Positions 1-16,772 of a stretch of 64,000 nt of DNA are shown one piece after another. The notes below the pieces were generated by a model. The model saw only the letters and a list, made by a program, of their open reading frames with translations, ran no database searches and was not told the origin of the DNA. Origin of the DNA: Bigelowiella natans CCMP2755 (Eukaryota; Protista; Cercozoa). Position 1 is the stretch's first letter. The number at the start of each line of letters is the position of its first letter. The translations under genes were made by a program, and so were the position numbers. The stretch spans positions 1 through 64,000 of the forward strand of contig ADNK01001665.1 in the NCBI GenBank assembly GCA_000320545.1, written 5' to 3'.

Positions 1-225
1 AGTACTACTACTGATGCTGCTACTGGCTGACACAAACACACCGACTGATACGTCGTTTATCTTATTAATACCTCCAGTCTCGAAGGCATACCCAGCAGAA
101 CTCGTGGCCGCAGCTACATGTGAAATGATTGCACTGATGATATTAGAGGGGGGGCAGTTGACAGCAAGCAGAAATGCATCGATCGCCAAGTGGCAGGGGG
201 AAAAGATGGCGAGTTTCAGCATCAG

Positions 226-260
<35 letters not shown>

Positions 261-1888
261 CGAAGCAGACACTGATGGAGAATAAACATTTTCCATCATC
301 ATCATCATCATCGCGCTGCCTCACCCTCCATTCTTTTCCCATGGAATCCTGCACTTGGGACATTGCTTCGTATCTACCTTTATCAACGCCTGTGGGAATA
401 TGCCGTGATGATGACGAAGACGACAATGGTGGCGGTGGTGGTGATGATGATGATGATGATCATAATGATGACAAAATGGTCATATTGTTCTCAGAAGAAG
501 GCGTGGAGCGATGTGAAGAAATAGATAGCGGCGAAAGAAAGCACAAAGGGATTATATCCATGTGCAAAATATTGATGATGACGACGACGATGAGGAGGAG
601 GAGGAGGAGGAGGAATTCATCCATTACTTTAGGCTTTTCCGTCAGATCCGAGAGTTTGAAGTCCTTACGCTTGAGCTTTATAATAGCAGCTTCGTGATAG
701 ATCCTTCGTGTTTGACAGGATACCGGGTAGTGGATGCGCTCGCCACACTCTCCACACCTATATTCGAGCAGCGCGAGAAATGATGAGAACGATGAGAAAT
801 GGTGATGATGAGCGGAGCTGAAGCATAACAGAAAGAATCGGTTTTACGCGCAAAAGGGGGAAGGTGGTGTGGGGGGGTTGGGGGGGGCGGGCTGGGGGAG
901 GATCTTGACTGCCTATCCTAAAATGAATATTTCACCAGGAATGGCCGCACTCGCACCGAATCAAATTCACCCTGATTAATTGGTTGTTGTATAAATTATA
1001 TGCATCAAGAAGAAGCAGCAGAGCATCATCGTCACCGTCGCGTTGTCATCAGCACCACAGTTCCCCTCTACTTCTAGCTACTCGATCGATTCGTGTGATG
1101 ATGTTGCCTAAGGGCTACAAGAAACTTGCGTGGCGATGGCGTCGATAGGTGCCTTATTTCACCTGGTTGGTTTGATGATTCGCTTGCATATATCAGGGGC
1201 AGCGGCCGTGCAGTTAAAGAACCCAAGCCTCGTAAGCTGTGCCTACCAGGAAGAAGAAGAAGATGATGATGATGATGATGATGATGGTGGTGATGATGAC
1301 GATGACGAGAAGCGAGTGGGAGGAGGGAGGGGGAAGGACGAAAGCACACACGCAAAGTCGTAGAGTCACGAGGCTATATATGGATCACTAAATGGATTTA
1401 TGTATATGTATATTAGCATAGATAAATCGTCACTTAATGTAGATCATCGTCGTGGTGTTAGTCTCTCCTTACGCTTACGGCTCAACACTACAACGAGCCT
1501 AGGGGAGGGGGGGAGGGAGAGAGGGCAAATTGGTAGAACCTTACACTGCCATCGTCGATATTTAGCAATCAACCCAGGGCTCCTACCCAAAACGGCTATG
1601 ATCTATTCGGTTAGTTAACCACAGCATAATCATAGATCACAATCATATTCCTGCTAACATTATCATCATCACCATCATCCTCCTCCTCCTCCACCACCTC
1701 CTCCTCATCATCATCATCATCATCATCATCATCGCTGCTGCGGTGCGGGGGAGTAGGCGACTTCAAGATATGACCCCTTATTATCTATCAAAAACGCGGT
1801 CGGTTTTAATCGGTCAGCACGTGCACATTTTTCGCTAGGGCTCGGTTGCATATATATGATGAAAATTGCTGTTTTATACACGAACAAC

Positions 1889-1950
<62 letters not shown>

Positions 1951-2151
1951 AGTGAATTTTGTACCGCGGATTCTGGCACGGGAAGGTTGCATTTATGGCC
2001 AGGACAACGGATGTCGGTCTTGCCATCATTGAGGGTACTCCTAAGGTATCTTCAGAGAGGAGCATAGAAGAAGAAGAAGAAGAAGAAGAAGAAGAAGATG
2101 AGAGGAGGGAGGGGAGGAGGGAGGAGTGGAAAGAAAAAGGAAGAAGAGAAG

Positions 2152-2202
<51 letters not shown>

Positions 2203-3318
2203 CCTCATATTCTCGTTTTGTTGTTGTTGTTGATGATGATAATGATGATGATTATTATTATTATTACCCCTCCCAGCAGTCGAGGCACATAGCATGCTCA
2301 CAATAGTCTCCGACAAGCCCTTCACTCTCCCCATCCCCCAAATCCTCCATACAAGCCAGGCATCGTTGGCCCCGCAGCGTTTCTTTCAGGTTGTATCTGC
2401 AACTTGTATTCGTTGTCTTATTACTCAGCGCCGCCATCCGCTGCTTCCTCGCATTGCTCCCAACACGTGGGCATGGTGGTGATGGTGTTGAAGATGATGA
2501 TGATGAAGAAGAGGATGCAGCGGCTTCGATCTTTGCTTTCTCATAAACCGAGCGTATTGCTTCCTCAGTCGCCTTCGCAACATCCCAATCCCACTGGGCG
2601 GTACAATAGCATACCAAAGACACAAACGAAGGAAAGAGAAGGGGGGGGAAACAAACCCACCACCACACACGCTAGTGTTAGGTCCCCAAGCATTTGTTCT
2701 CTGTCACACAAGTTACTTGCTTGAGCATCAGCCTGGCGCTGGCTTCGGGGATTCCCAGAGACGTGAGGGGCGACAGCGTCCTACGGATCTCCCATTCCGC
2801 GTCGCTGCATATGTCAGGGTTAATCAAAAAAGCGACGGGGGGGGGGGGGGGGGGGGGGAGAGGGGGGTGATGTCATTCCTCCCCTCTTTCTCTGCAGCAT
2901 TTAGGCTCTCTAGATCATCAGCGTTAATTTTATGAGATGGGAATGCTGGTCAGGGCATATGGGTGCTTACTCCTCGGTGAACGTCTCGCAGTCGTTGATA
3001 TCGTAGACAAAGAGCTGCTTCCTCGAGCCCTTCCGGCGTGGTGTCAAGCTCCTCTTCCTCGGCAAACCTGATTTTCTCTGTCTCGCAGCAGCTTTGGACG
3101 ATGATGAACTACCCTTGCGTTTCTGCATCATCTTTCTCTTTTTGGGCCTTTCTTTCAGGTTCTCCGACAGCCAGGTCCTGATGATTCGATGTAGATACAC
3201 AACAACATCTATCATCACCTCGCCCTCCGCAGTCTCAACGAGCGGTGGTAGTAGCGACGATGAAGGATGGTGCACGATTCTTGGGTAGTAGAAGCGCGAC
3301 CCCCCATTAATTATGTAC

Positions 3319-3359
<41 letters not shown>

Positions 3360-3419
3360 GTATATATTCTTTGATGAAGGATGAAATCGTTGCACATCCC
3401 CCGCCCTCTGACGTAGCAA
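1..3419 (-). CDS. Ariadne-like RBR (RING-IBR-RING) E3 ubiquitin ligase, multi-exon, runs off the window start
   Basis: Minus-strand exon fragments: RING1 CLACMEDL...CEHAMCLDCWEG (about 2264-2400), IBR end YRCGECGERIHYPVSC (about 700-770), RING2 TKQCPKCRIPWEKNGG (about 325-390) and CNHFTCSCGHEFCWVCLRDW (about 70-135), separated by GT-AG microsatellite-rich introns. Confidence 0.8.
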
Positions 3420-3534
3420 ACACCTTGCTTCTTCGATCAGGTCATATAGGTATCCAAGCCCGTCCCCCTGGTGATACCGATCATAACAAATAGGAGGCGG
3501 AGGGGTAGTTGTGGGGTAGTAGAAGAAGAAGTTT

Positions 3535-3567
<33 letters not shown>

Positions 3568-3625
3568 CTACAAAGAATCTCGTCATATGTTGCTGTTATG
3601 TCAAGGGGGCAAAAATGTTCAAACA

Positions 3626-3675
<50 letters not shown>

Positions 3676-3769
3676 CACACACACAACACACACACACACG
3701 CGTATGCACACAAACACAAACACCTAAATACATATGTAATATGTATATTATCACCAGTAGCCCTTCTTT

Positions 3770-5130
3770 TTGAATTGTCCGAGCTGCTATCATTCGTCGT
3801 ATCGAAGGGTCCATCAATATCGTCTCTTTCGAGTTGTTCGCTGGCCTTCCTCAGCAATGCCATTTCAATGTTGCCTCCTTCATCAGCCAACATTTTGCGT
3901 ATCATCTCGCAATATCGTTGATGGTTATGCTGCCTCTTCGACCCACCACCATTGTTCTGAACACTACGATCTGGCTGCTTCTCCTGTTGAAGGAGGGGGG
4001 CAAGGCAATGGGCGAGCTTGCAGATTTCTCTGAAAATGAGTAGTACTTCAGACACATCAGAGATGAAATGGGTAAATGTCTTATTTGATACGACGGAAGA
4101 AGCACACACGCACAGGGGTGTGATAGTGTTGCGTGCGGCGCGCGAGAGTCACTCGAAGAGGTTCTCTGTATCCGTGTGTGCATGATTACGGAGTGAAAGG
4201 AGACGGCGTCTTCGTCTCTAGAGCCTTCTTCTTTATTTGTGATTTGCGCAGGTCGATCGATGGGAATGACTGCAGCGATAGAGCACTGTCTATTTGAGAT
4301 TCGTGGGCTGGTGATGGCTGCTTTCGCTTACCGTCCTCTTGCGACTGACCCGATGACTGTTTCTTACCATTCAAAATGTTTGCATCCGCCGCTGCCTCGC
4401 GAGCAGCGATGGTAGAGTTGTTTTGGCCTTGCATCATACCGTCGCCGCCATTGGCAACCATAGCATCGGGCTTGAGCCCTCCGCACCTGCGAAGTACACA
4501 TCCCCATGCGCTCTTCAATTACATGATCATATGGGACGGGGGTGAGTATTTTTAAGCTCATGAACATTCATTCCTGCTGTATACTAGGTTAGATTTGGTG
4601 CAGAATTAGTTCTTCTTCTTACATTGCACATTCCAAACTAAGAGGCGAGTTCTCGAACGTACACTCTAAGCAAGCCCACGGGATGATGCCGCTATTAGCT
4701 TCATCAGCATCGTCGTTGCCATCGCCGTTTGCGCCTATCTCCTTCTTGGTAAAAAATCGTACATATTTCTTCGAATCAGGTCGCCTCGCCTCAAACGCGA
4801 ATCTTTTGATCGGTGAGAAGTATCAGGCTGTGTTCGATTCAATGTGTGAATTACCTTCAGTGTTCTTCTTTGGGCGTCAGTGTTGGTATTTCGCCCCCGT
4901 CCTCTCCTCCCCCTTGATTTTCTCCGTCTACCTCTCCCGCCTCGTTTTCCCTTTCCTCGAGAAGTCCCTTCACCTCCTTGTTTTCTTCTGTGCTGCTCTT
5001 CGTAGTTTGGCGTCCTTGTTCGACGAGCATCAGCATTTGATGGAGCCCTTCGTCCCCTTCCTCTACCCCTCGACTTATGATTCCCTCTACCCCTCCCACC
5101 TCGTCTTGCCCTCCCTCTAGATGCTTCCAT
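3770..5130 (-). CDS. Probable upstream exons (Arg/Gly-rich N-terminus) of the RBR gene, or a separate hypothetical gene
   Basis: Coding-like minus-strand ORF segments 4735-5130 (RG-rich, starts MEASRGRARRGG), 4186-4518 and 3627-4109, co-oriented with the RBR exons. Linkage is inferred. Confidence 0.35.
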
Positions 5131-6344
5131 GCTCTCCTGTTCTACTCTGTCTGTCCTGCTCTAGACAATTTTCGTGGTAGCCAGCGCCTGGTATCGGTAT
5201 GGTGCGCTACTGGGGAGAGAGACGGGAGGAGGGGGAGGGTTGGCCAGGCCTCTGATAATTAGCGAACGCCTCTGCGAATGGAAAAATTGCTCTTCTCTCG
5301 GGGTTCTGATCGTGCAGTTCGGCTCCGTCCCTCAGTGGTGTGTGGCGTCCAGCTTCCTGTGCAGGAACGATCCGGGAGGATTCTCGAGAATTCCTTCAGA
5401 AAATGCACATCACAGAGATCCTTAGAGATCGCTTGGCTCCTTCTAGAGATCTCCAGAGATTCTAGGAGAAAAATGCTTAAAAAAAACGGATGGAACACCG
5501 GTTTTGGCGGGAAGCAGAAGCAGTTCGCTCCCCTGCATCAATGATGATCCTTTCAGAAGTTCGGTGGCCAATGTTCTCAAACATGTGACACTTTTGTGAC
5601 TGAGAGCTCGGCGAACATCACATCAGGTGTGGCTTTCACCTGGACGTGCAGACGTTTGTCGCGCCTGGTGAAGAAACAACAAGTGAATGAATCACTGCAT
5701 TCGTGGCGGGGCATTTTTTCAAAATGTTTTTTCAAAATGAAAAGCAAAGCTTTTGGGAACTGGGAGAGGTTCTCACGAGTGCAAAAGATTGCGCGTTTGC
5801 CTCATGCGCCGGAGTGTCTGTCTTTTTCCTGCGTGTCTGTGGTCGCCACACATTGCAACAAGCACATGCAGTTTGGTGCATCGCGTGCACTCGCCAGACG
5901 TGTGCAACATCAATGCATCACAAGGGTGCTCTTTCCTTGTCATCTACTGTTGTGTGTGTGTGTGTGTGTGTGAGATGCAACCCACACACAACACGGTCCA
6001 CAAAGAAGTGTCAAATACGCAAGAAACACGTGCATGTTTACAAACGTCCTTAGTCTCTAACTTGCATGTCTTGGTCTCTAATGTGCATTGAATGCGAACG
6101 CGACAGAACGCAATGCAGGTCCTGCTAGCCTGTCGTAAGTGGGTGGTGCAACTATGATGGAAACACAGATGATGTACTGCGGCTTTGCAGCACATAATCT
6201 GTGTATGTGGTGCTGGCATTGCCGGTGCTCGACACGCCCGTCTTCACACATGGTGCTACTTTGTTTAGAAAAATTGACTTGCGCAAAACAAATTGCATGT
6301 TTGCGTAGCTGGTCATTACACACGCAACCGAACTTTCGCATATC

Positions 6345-7806
6345 CTAAGTGTTGTCCTGCTGATAAAAGCAACTTGGGACTAAACGAACTATGAAAATAG
6401 GATCTAATTGTCGATTCCATTTTTCCAAAGGTACAATGAAACTCTTATCATTATTTATCAGTCGAACTACATTGCCTTCCATGTTGAAATCGGGATTAAA
6501 ACGGGAAGGATTCAAAAGAAAAGTTACGAATTCATCATTTTCAAACGGAAACTTAACTTCCATTTGCATATATTTTCCCTCTTTGTCAGATATTCCATTT
6601 TCCTCTGCGGTAGCAGGGACCCAGAGGACTACCAAATGGTGAATGCAGTGACGCCTGGAGATTATTAGCTTGAACCATCGCATTAAATCTGGCGGAAAAA
6701 ACGTGAAAGTAGCGTCCAGTAGGATATTTCCTATTTTTGCCATAATCGGTAGCTTAGTCTGGTAATTCATTTTGATAAATTTCAAGATTTATTGCAGCAG
6801 GACTTCCATTAATGTGTTGGCGTTTACCGTGGCTTTTAACGAATAATACTGGTGATTGTCACAGGAGTCGATGTGGTGCAACATGGCAGACGGAGCTCCT
6901 CTCCATTTACATCTTAAATAGAGTAAACTTAGACAAGCTCAGATTAATTGTCACTTAGTTCATAAAATAGACGCTGCTGTTATTGTCGTTGTCGTTGTAC
7001 TTTTCTCCAGCGAAGCATGGAATAGGTCGGTAGAAACATTTAGCCTCATGATTGTTTCGAATCGCGCCACTCTCCTTGTCGAGAGAATCTGTTAGAATAA
7101 TAAATTGACGCCTATCGTCTTTTGTTGAAACGTTACCCGATGAAGGCATCCATGCTTACGATATTGGCATGGAAAAGTTGTATCCAGGATGACTTTCTCC
7201 AGGGCATGGTTTCTTGCGCCATTTAACGGTGTTCTGCAGCTCCAGCATCTTCTTCGCTTTCGATTCTCAAAACAATTACTACATATGGAATGGCCATTTT
7301 GGCATATGAAAACTTTCGGTTGATAAAAATGGACACAGATAGGGCATTTAAGCGCTTCGTAAAACTCGGAATCAAACTGAACATCTAAAGTCGATATTGT
7401 TCTAGCGCTCGAGCTTGGGCTTTCCTGTGTACTGAGAAGCAGAATGAAATTTATTCATCAATTTTTATAACGAGGAAATAAAATACCTGGACTGCCTAAT
7501 CTCTGGCCTGATTCTTTCTCTTTTTGAAATTAAAGAGGAAGAGACTCCTCCGTCCGGATCCCTTTCCTTTCTATTCGATGAAATCAGTGCTGTGGGTAGA
7601 ATTCTGACGTTTCATCTTTTTCTACCTCTTTTTCGAATGAGATGAAACTGATATAATTTGGCAGCATTTCTTCGTTTCCGTGCTTCTCAGCATCGAACGC
7701 GTTCCGAACGCGGGCACGTATGCTCAGGGCTTGGAAGACTATTTTCTAATTGCAAACCGACGGCAAATTCGCCTGCGATTCTTGTCCTAAGATAAGACAT
7801 CATCAT
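6345..7806 (-). CDS. SIAH/SINA-family RING E3 ubiquitin ligase (spliced; start uncertain)
   Basis: Manual translation gives EALKCPICVHFYQPKVFICQNGHSICSNCF...CWSCRTPLNGARNHALEKVILDTTFPCQYRKHGC (about 7140-7360), then HEAKCFYRPIPC and CKWRG...MLHH. This matches the SINA RING plus zinc-finger layout, followed by a C-terminal domain ORF at 6345-6785. Confidence 0.8.
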
Positions 7807-8429
7807 GACGCACACGCAAAATGTAAAATGAGGTTGGTTTGTTAGGAAATGCGAACAGCCCAGTCGAACGACAACGTCTTAACTCCGAGATGAAAAGAAT
7901 GCAGGCCGATTTTCGAACTAACAAGAAATCTCGGCGTGTCGGCCACCTTTTATGAAATCAGGGCAGTTTTGACAGCTTTCATAGATCTAGTGTGAACAGG
8001 CCACTTTTTTTCGCGCGGAGCAAGCACCCCTCTGGTTAGGATGCGATGGGAAAACATCGGCAACATTGTAAATTATGGGCGCTGTTAACGTTGTTTTTGT
8101 TGTCAAATAAGAATTTGGTAAAGACCGTTAAAATATTAAGTACGACATTTCATCAAGGTTGCATCATTGACAATTTCTCCATTCTATTTAGGCTTCTAGT
8201 GGTCCGTTATAAATCTGAAATTGGAGGTCGCTCAATCGGGTTTAGAGGAGGGCGCCCTTTCGCCTCACACAGCGCGCTGCTTACACCTCAGGCTTTCTCC
8301 TGCATAAACTCAACTTCTTTCCCTCTCTGCCGTCTAAACCTTGATCTTCTCTGGCATCCCTGCCATAATTGAATAAAGCAAGCCGTTTCAGTATCTCTCC
8401 TGGCGGATTCCTATCGCCCGTGGTTCTCA

Positions 8430-11857
<3,428 letters not shown>

Positions 11858-12566
11858 TGCATGTGATCAGCTTGAGGAAGAAATACCTGAGGAAGTTGCC
11901 GCCATCTTTTGATTTTACCTGTGTATTTACATCTATTAGATCCGAAGAAAGTTCGTTGGTTTCCTCATCATGCCAGACTATTGCACAAGAGAGATAGAAA
12001 GCCACTGTAGAATAGACTGGATGCGTACAAGATCGGGATCATTATTTCTAAGATACAATAGACAATGAGCCATTCTGCTAGCATTGGTAGAGAGCTTTTT
12101 CTTGTGATGTTGATGTACATGTGCATAAGTTGCTATGAAGATGCAAATGTACTTTGCGTGTGCTCACCGGCAGCATGCACGCAATCATGCTTCAATGGGA
12201 AATCGTCATGTTATCAGTTGCATGATCGGAGTGGCATGCTAGCATGTGCGGTTTGGTAGATGTGCAATGCTGCAACTACGTTACATTCGTTCATGGCGCT
12301 TGACAGATGTGACAATGAGCTGCTGCAATGTAGGTGTAGCATGCTTATGTAACTATTAGGCAAACGTATATTTCATGAAGTGGTATGTGAAATTTTAGCT
12401 GATGAAATGATCGGCGACGTTGGCCTTAGCAACCTGGTGCATCTTGTTATCTTAATCATTCGCCGATTCGCCGATCATTGCTGTAACGACTGTATCTATC
12501 AGCGGTATATCAGCAGCAGGCATGGGAATCTCTGCTTCTGCTCCCCCAGCTTTTCGTCGCATGCAA

Positions 12567-13524
12567 TCAACGCCCACCTAGGACCATGTTCCCACACATG
12601 GTGACCAAAGCCAAAAAAATGGTTAAAGAAAGGCGGCGAGCTAGCGAGCTCAAAAGAAAAACTCTCATTTTTTTTGTATATGCTGCAGGCGTGTCTAGCG
12701 CTCTAGATTCATGTACCCATTGAAGCGTTTGGCCTTCCAGGGGTTTGAGTTCCCCCTCCCATTCATCCGCAGCAAATAGAGGCATGAGTAGATGGAAGGA
12801 TTCGTAGGTGTGGGACGCGAACGTGATGGGTTGCATTCTTTCCACATTTACTTTGACACCTAGCTCCTGTGGAACGATGAAATATGGAAGAATATTAGAA
12901 GTACAATTATCTGCATTTGGGCTTTACGAGCAACCTCTTTGATTTCGCGAGCAAGGGCGAGTTCCGGCGTCTCTCCGGATTCTACCTTTCCTCCTGATCC
13001 AGAACATTGCAATCCAACGACGTTTCTTCTGACTCAGCGAAGACAGGGTTTGCCTCGTATCATTAAGAAATTAGTGTGGTTCTCTGCCGTTATCTGTCAT
13101 TACCTGGAAATTCCCACAATCCAGCCATTGGTTTACCTGCTGGTCTCTGGAGATGTAGACACGTGGACATTATTATTCATCGTTGTTCGCTTCTTGACGC
13201 CATTCATAGACGGTAGCATCACCTGCACAAGGAGACATTTGGGGTTCTGAAGTTCCGAACGGTCGATCAGCGCCACAGCGACAACCAGAACGAGCTTGGT
13301 GAGCTGTGAAGCAGGAGGAGGGCTAGGAACCGTAGTAGGTTTCCCTGCATAGCACAGAGACTAAGTATGTTTCTCAATAGCCTAGTAGCTACACCAGCGC
13401 TCACATCCTAATCCAAATTACGGAGATTACCATCGCTGTTTGATTGCGTCACCCAAGAACGGCGTGTTCGAAGGGCTCGCAGTGAGCGCGCACAACGCCA
13501 CCGGAGAGGCCGGGAGAGAATCAT
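12567..13524 (-). CDS. MutT-like Nudix hydrolase (8-oxo-dGTPase family) with a possible organelle-targeting leader
   Basis: Exons: LVLVVAVALID, QRPAGKPMAGLWEFPG / GKVESGETPELALAREIKE / ELGV (Nudix box), FASHTYESFHLLMPLF...WEGELKPLEGQTLQWV. Arg/Ser-rich leader MILSRPLRWRCARSLRALRTRR. 3' end approximate. Confidence 0.88.
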
Positions 13525-15564
13525 TCCACGCGTGCGGCGGCGGCGGCCATGCGAGCTGAACACAATTTGGACGTTATTTCCACGAAGTATTTCCGGATCA
13601 AATATGTCTCTCGTGTGGCTTTCCTTTTCAATGCGACGAGCAAGAGCGGGAACGTCGCACTTCAGTATTTATTATTTAGTAGTTTTACGGATGGAATTTG
13701 TATTTTACTTTAAAAATCGATTTTTAGGATGTTTTCCGGTTGAGGGAATGACAGGCCTCTTTCGTCATCGAGCATTCACATTCCATCCCCACACCCACTC
13801 GTGTCCGAACCTGCTTCAGTACAGCGCTCATGGCTGCTGATGCTGCAGTTTAGTATGTGCGTCCCTCTCTGAAGCCAAGCGTATCCTTACCTTGAAAGAG
13901 ACGTGATGACGACCAAACAGCACCCTGCAGCACTTCTCCTCTTGCTCTGTCTACCTGCTCTTGGAACGGGAGAAGGAGAAGGAAGAAAAGCTTGCGATGT
14001 TGGAGCCTGCAAGCCTTGCCAGGCCTTTCCAACTCTGAATCGGGATTCCTCGGTAATTTGAGTGATATATGTATTCAAGCACATCTCTGAGTTTTTGTAG
14101 CTTGTTTGCGGACGTAATCAAACTTGACGTCATCACAAGTAACCACTGTCGCCATCGTCGCGCATTATCACTGGATCATTTCTTGTCTGCCTGTCAGAAA
14201 CCGTGTGTAGGATACAGACAAGCGTTGAACTGTACCTTGATGCAAAGCGATGGGACTGCAATCGAGAAGTAAATTAATATTTGAAAATAGCCGTAAGAAC
14301 GGGTTGAAATAATTCGATTTCCGCAAACATAGGATTACAGAGTACGTGCAATGTAACATCAAGTCAGCAGAACAGACAGAACTTGATGAAAGCGATAATT
14401 ATTTCTGGTACTTTGAGGTAATAAGTCACGATGATGCCCCAAGATAGAACCTACTTGAACAAGGAGAGAATTGAGAACAGCTCACTGCATTTACTCTGAC
14501 TGTTCACAATTTCATACAATTAGGTCGCAATGACTCTCCTACTTGCCACGAGCGCGTATGTATTTTTTTATGCTCACGTTTTCGATTGAACTGAAGCCAA
14601 GTTGTCGCAACACCTTACATAGTACTAAACACGCTGCCTTCAGGTATATTGTAAGAAGGCGAAAGAGAGTGAGTCAAAAAATTCGAGAAGCAAGGTTCTC
14701 GAAAATGGTCAACGACTAAAGCGATTCAATCAAAATCTCAACTAAGCGATTTTAGATATCATATCGTTTCATTATGATAACGCAGTACTGGAGTATATTA
14801 ACGTAGCATGTAGGTCACTCCGGTACAAAGCTTACATATGTACGACTCTTTAACTTGTCGTAGAAATGAAATAGTAATTTTGACTTACATGCACATTAAT
14901 TATTGCAAGACAGAATACTCAGCACGCCCATATGCGTACCATCGCATATATACGATTCTAAATATGATTTGTAAGGCGTGTGGTATAGTGCGGCCCGATC
15001 TCGTACATAGCTACTACCTAGTAACTTTAAAGGTTTACGAATTGCGATGTCTAGATGTCTATTTGGTACCAACTATCGAAGGGGATATTCTTAGAAATAC
15101 TTAGCATGAATGATGCCAGCACCGTCTGTGCATATGTGCTAGCTGCTAGCTGCACGTCATACGAATGCATGCCGTTTCATGATTTTTATCACAAGAGTAG
15201 TAGGGGAGATGTAAGCATGCAAATAAATAAGAATGCAATCGATATGTTATTCTATTATATTATCGCACACTATCTTCAGTGCTGTAGCCGCCGCTTTACA
15301 ATTGCTATTGAACTTTGCAGGTGCGTAGCGCGATTGCTTTTGACGCGCGCTCGCAAAAGCACGCGCAAACATGTCAGTTTGATGCAAAGCACTCAGGCTC
15401 TGGGCTGCTCGCGGCGGCCGCAATGCTTGCCTGATTGCCCGGTTCTTATTTAACCAGTGCGGAAACAACCCGCGTTACAAACTGGCGTATAATCCGGATT
15501 ACAGTCGCAAACCGTGTCGAACAGTGCCATGTTAAGCTGTTTTTAAGTGGCCGAAATTGTGCTG

Positions 15565-16743
15565 TTAATTGAGCAAATGGGATCTAAGCAGGCAAAACCG
15601 CGGCTGTTGTGCGCTGTTACCTTTGAGATTCGCCCCTATTTCGAACAGCTTCATCTTCGGGTGCGGTCGAATTACCATGCTCTGGTGTGCGATGACCGTG
15701 TCCTCAAGCTGGTAGTGACCCAAGACCCATGAAGTGAAGCCGGGTTGGCTAGCCTGACCTGATTTTGCAAGAAAAAAGTCCTTGCTGAAACAGCTGTAAG
15801 CAAACGCGGCGAAGAATCTTCGGCACATCTTTGCTGTGATTCCGGGCAGCATCGGGCAAGCTTTTCTAAGGATGTTTCCCCAGTGTGTGCTAAACTTTCC
15901 ATTGATTTCCACGTTTGAAAGGTGCCGGACGCTCCAGCGCTTTCTCACTAGCGTCAAGGCTCGCTCGATTAGCCAGTACGGGGCAAGAAAGGGCCTGTCC
16001 CTGCACTGGTGGTGCTCTGTTTTCATCGTGCCACGTTTCGCGAATCTACTCTGACACCCCCAAAACGAGCCATGCTCTTGCTGGTTGTTGAGCTTGGCCG
16101 AGAATCGTCCCACCTTGACAATTTCGATGGGCCGCAATCCTGTCGTTACCAGAAGAGCTGGACACAGCAGGTTGGGGTCCGAGCTTGTCAAGCACTGCAA
16201 TGCCTGTCGCACCACAGCGTCCGCGTTCGACACCACGATGGTGTTCATGGCACCACGTCGCCTTCTGTCATTCGCATCTGATCTGATGTCGTGGTGCTCC
16301 TTCCTAGTCAGAGCGATGCTCTTCAGGTGCTCGCATGGAAGAGGGTCGTCCAGCTGTGCAAGCCTGGCCTTGAACCTGGATGACATGACGGAAAGGGATT
16401 TCACGTTCGTGTGATGCTGCCTGAAAATGCCGACAATCTTGGCTGGGGTGTGCTCTCTCCAGTTGGCTGCTGTCGCTAGTTTTGTCCCTTTCAAATCGAG
16501 GATGGGCATGACCTTCACATCAGCTTGATTCTCCTTGGTGGTGGAGATCTTCTTGTTTTCTGCTGCATCGCCTGTGTTGACAAGGAGGATGCCGCTCGAG
16601 GGTGGCAACTGAATGGCAGACTTCTGGCGCTCCTTCCGACCGGATGGGACACGAGACTTCAGGCGTGTTTTTTGGGAGGTGCTCCGTGGCACACGAGATT
16701 GGAGTTTTCGAGACATGCTTTGAGCTGTGCCCTGCATTTTCAT
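15565..16743 (-). pseudogene. Protelomerase/telomere-resolvase-like tyrosine recombinase; catalytic Tyr position reads His
   Basis: Motifs ALLVTTGLRPIEI, FAKRG, EING, KMCRRFFAAFAY and SWVLGH...TVIAHQS follow the TelN/ResT-like order. The expected nucleophile codon is CAC (15685-15687), one T>C change from TAC. Confidence 0.75.
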
Positions 16744-16772
16744 TTTGTCGTCTTGCGCACAAAAACAAAGAG

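Noticed and set aside
12567-13524. MutT and MYST genes next to the element as parts of the mutator system
   Set aside because: Both look like ordinary intron-rich housekeeping genes. MutT counters A:T>C:G transversions, not A>G transitions. Proximity alone is not evidence.
15490-15501. 12-bp palindrome TAATCCGGATTA near the left edge as a resolvase site or terminus
   Set aside because: Short enough to arise by chance, and no matching inverted repeat or target-site duplication was found at the right edge.
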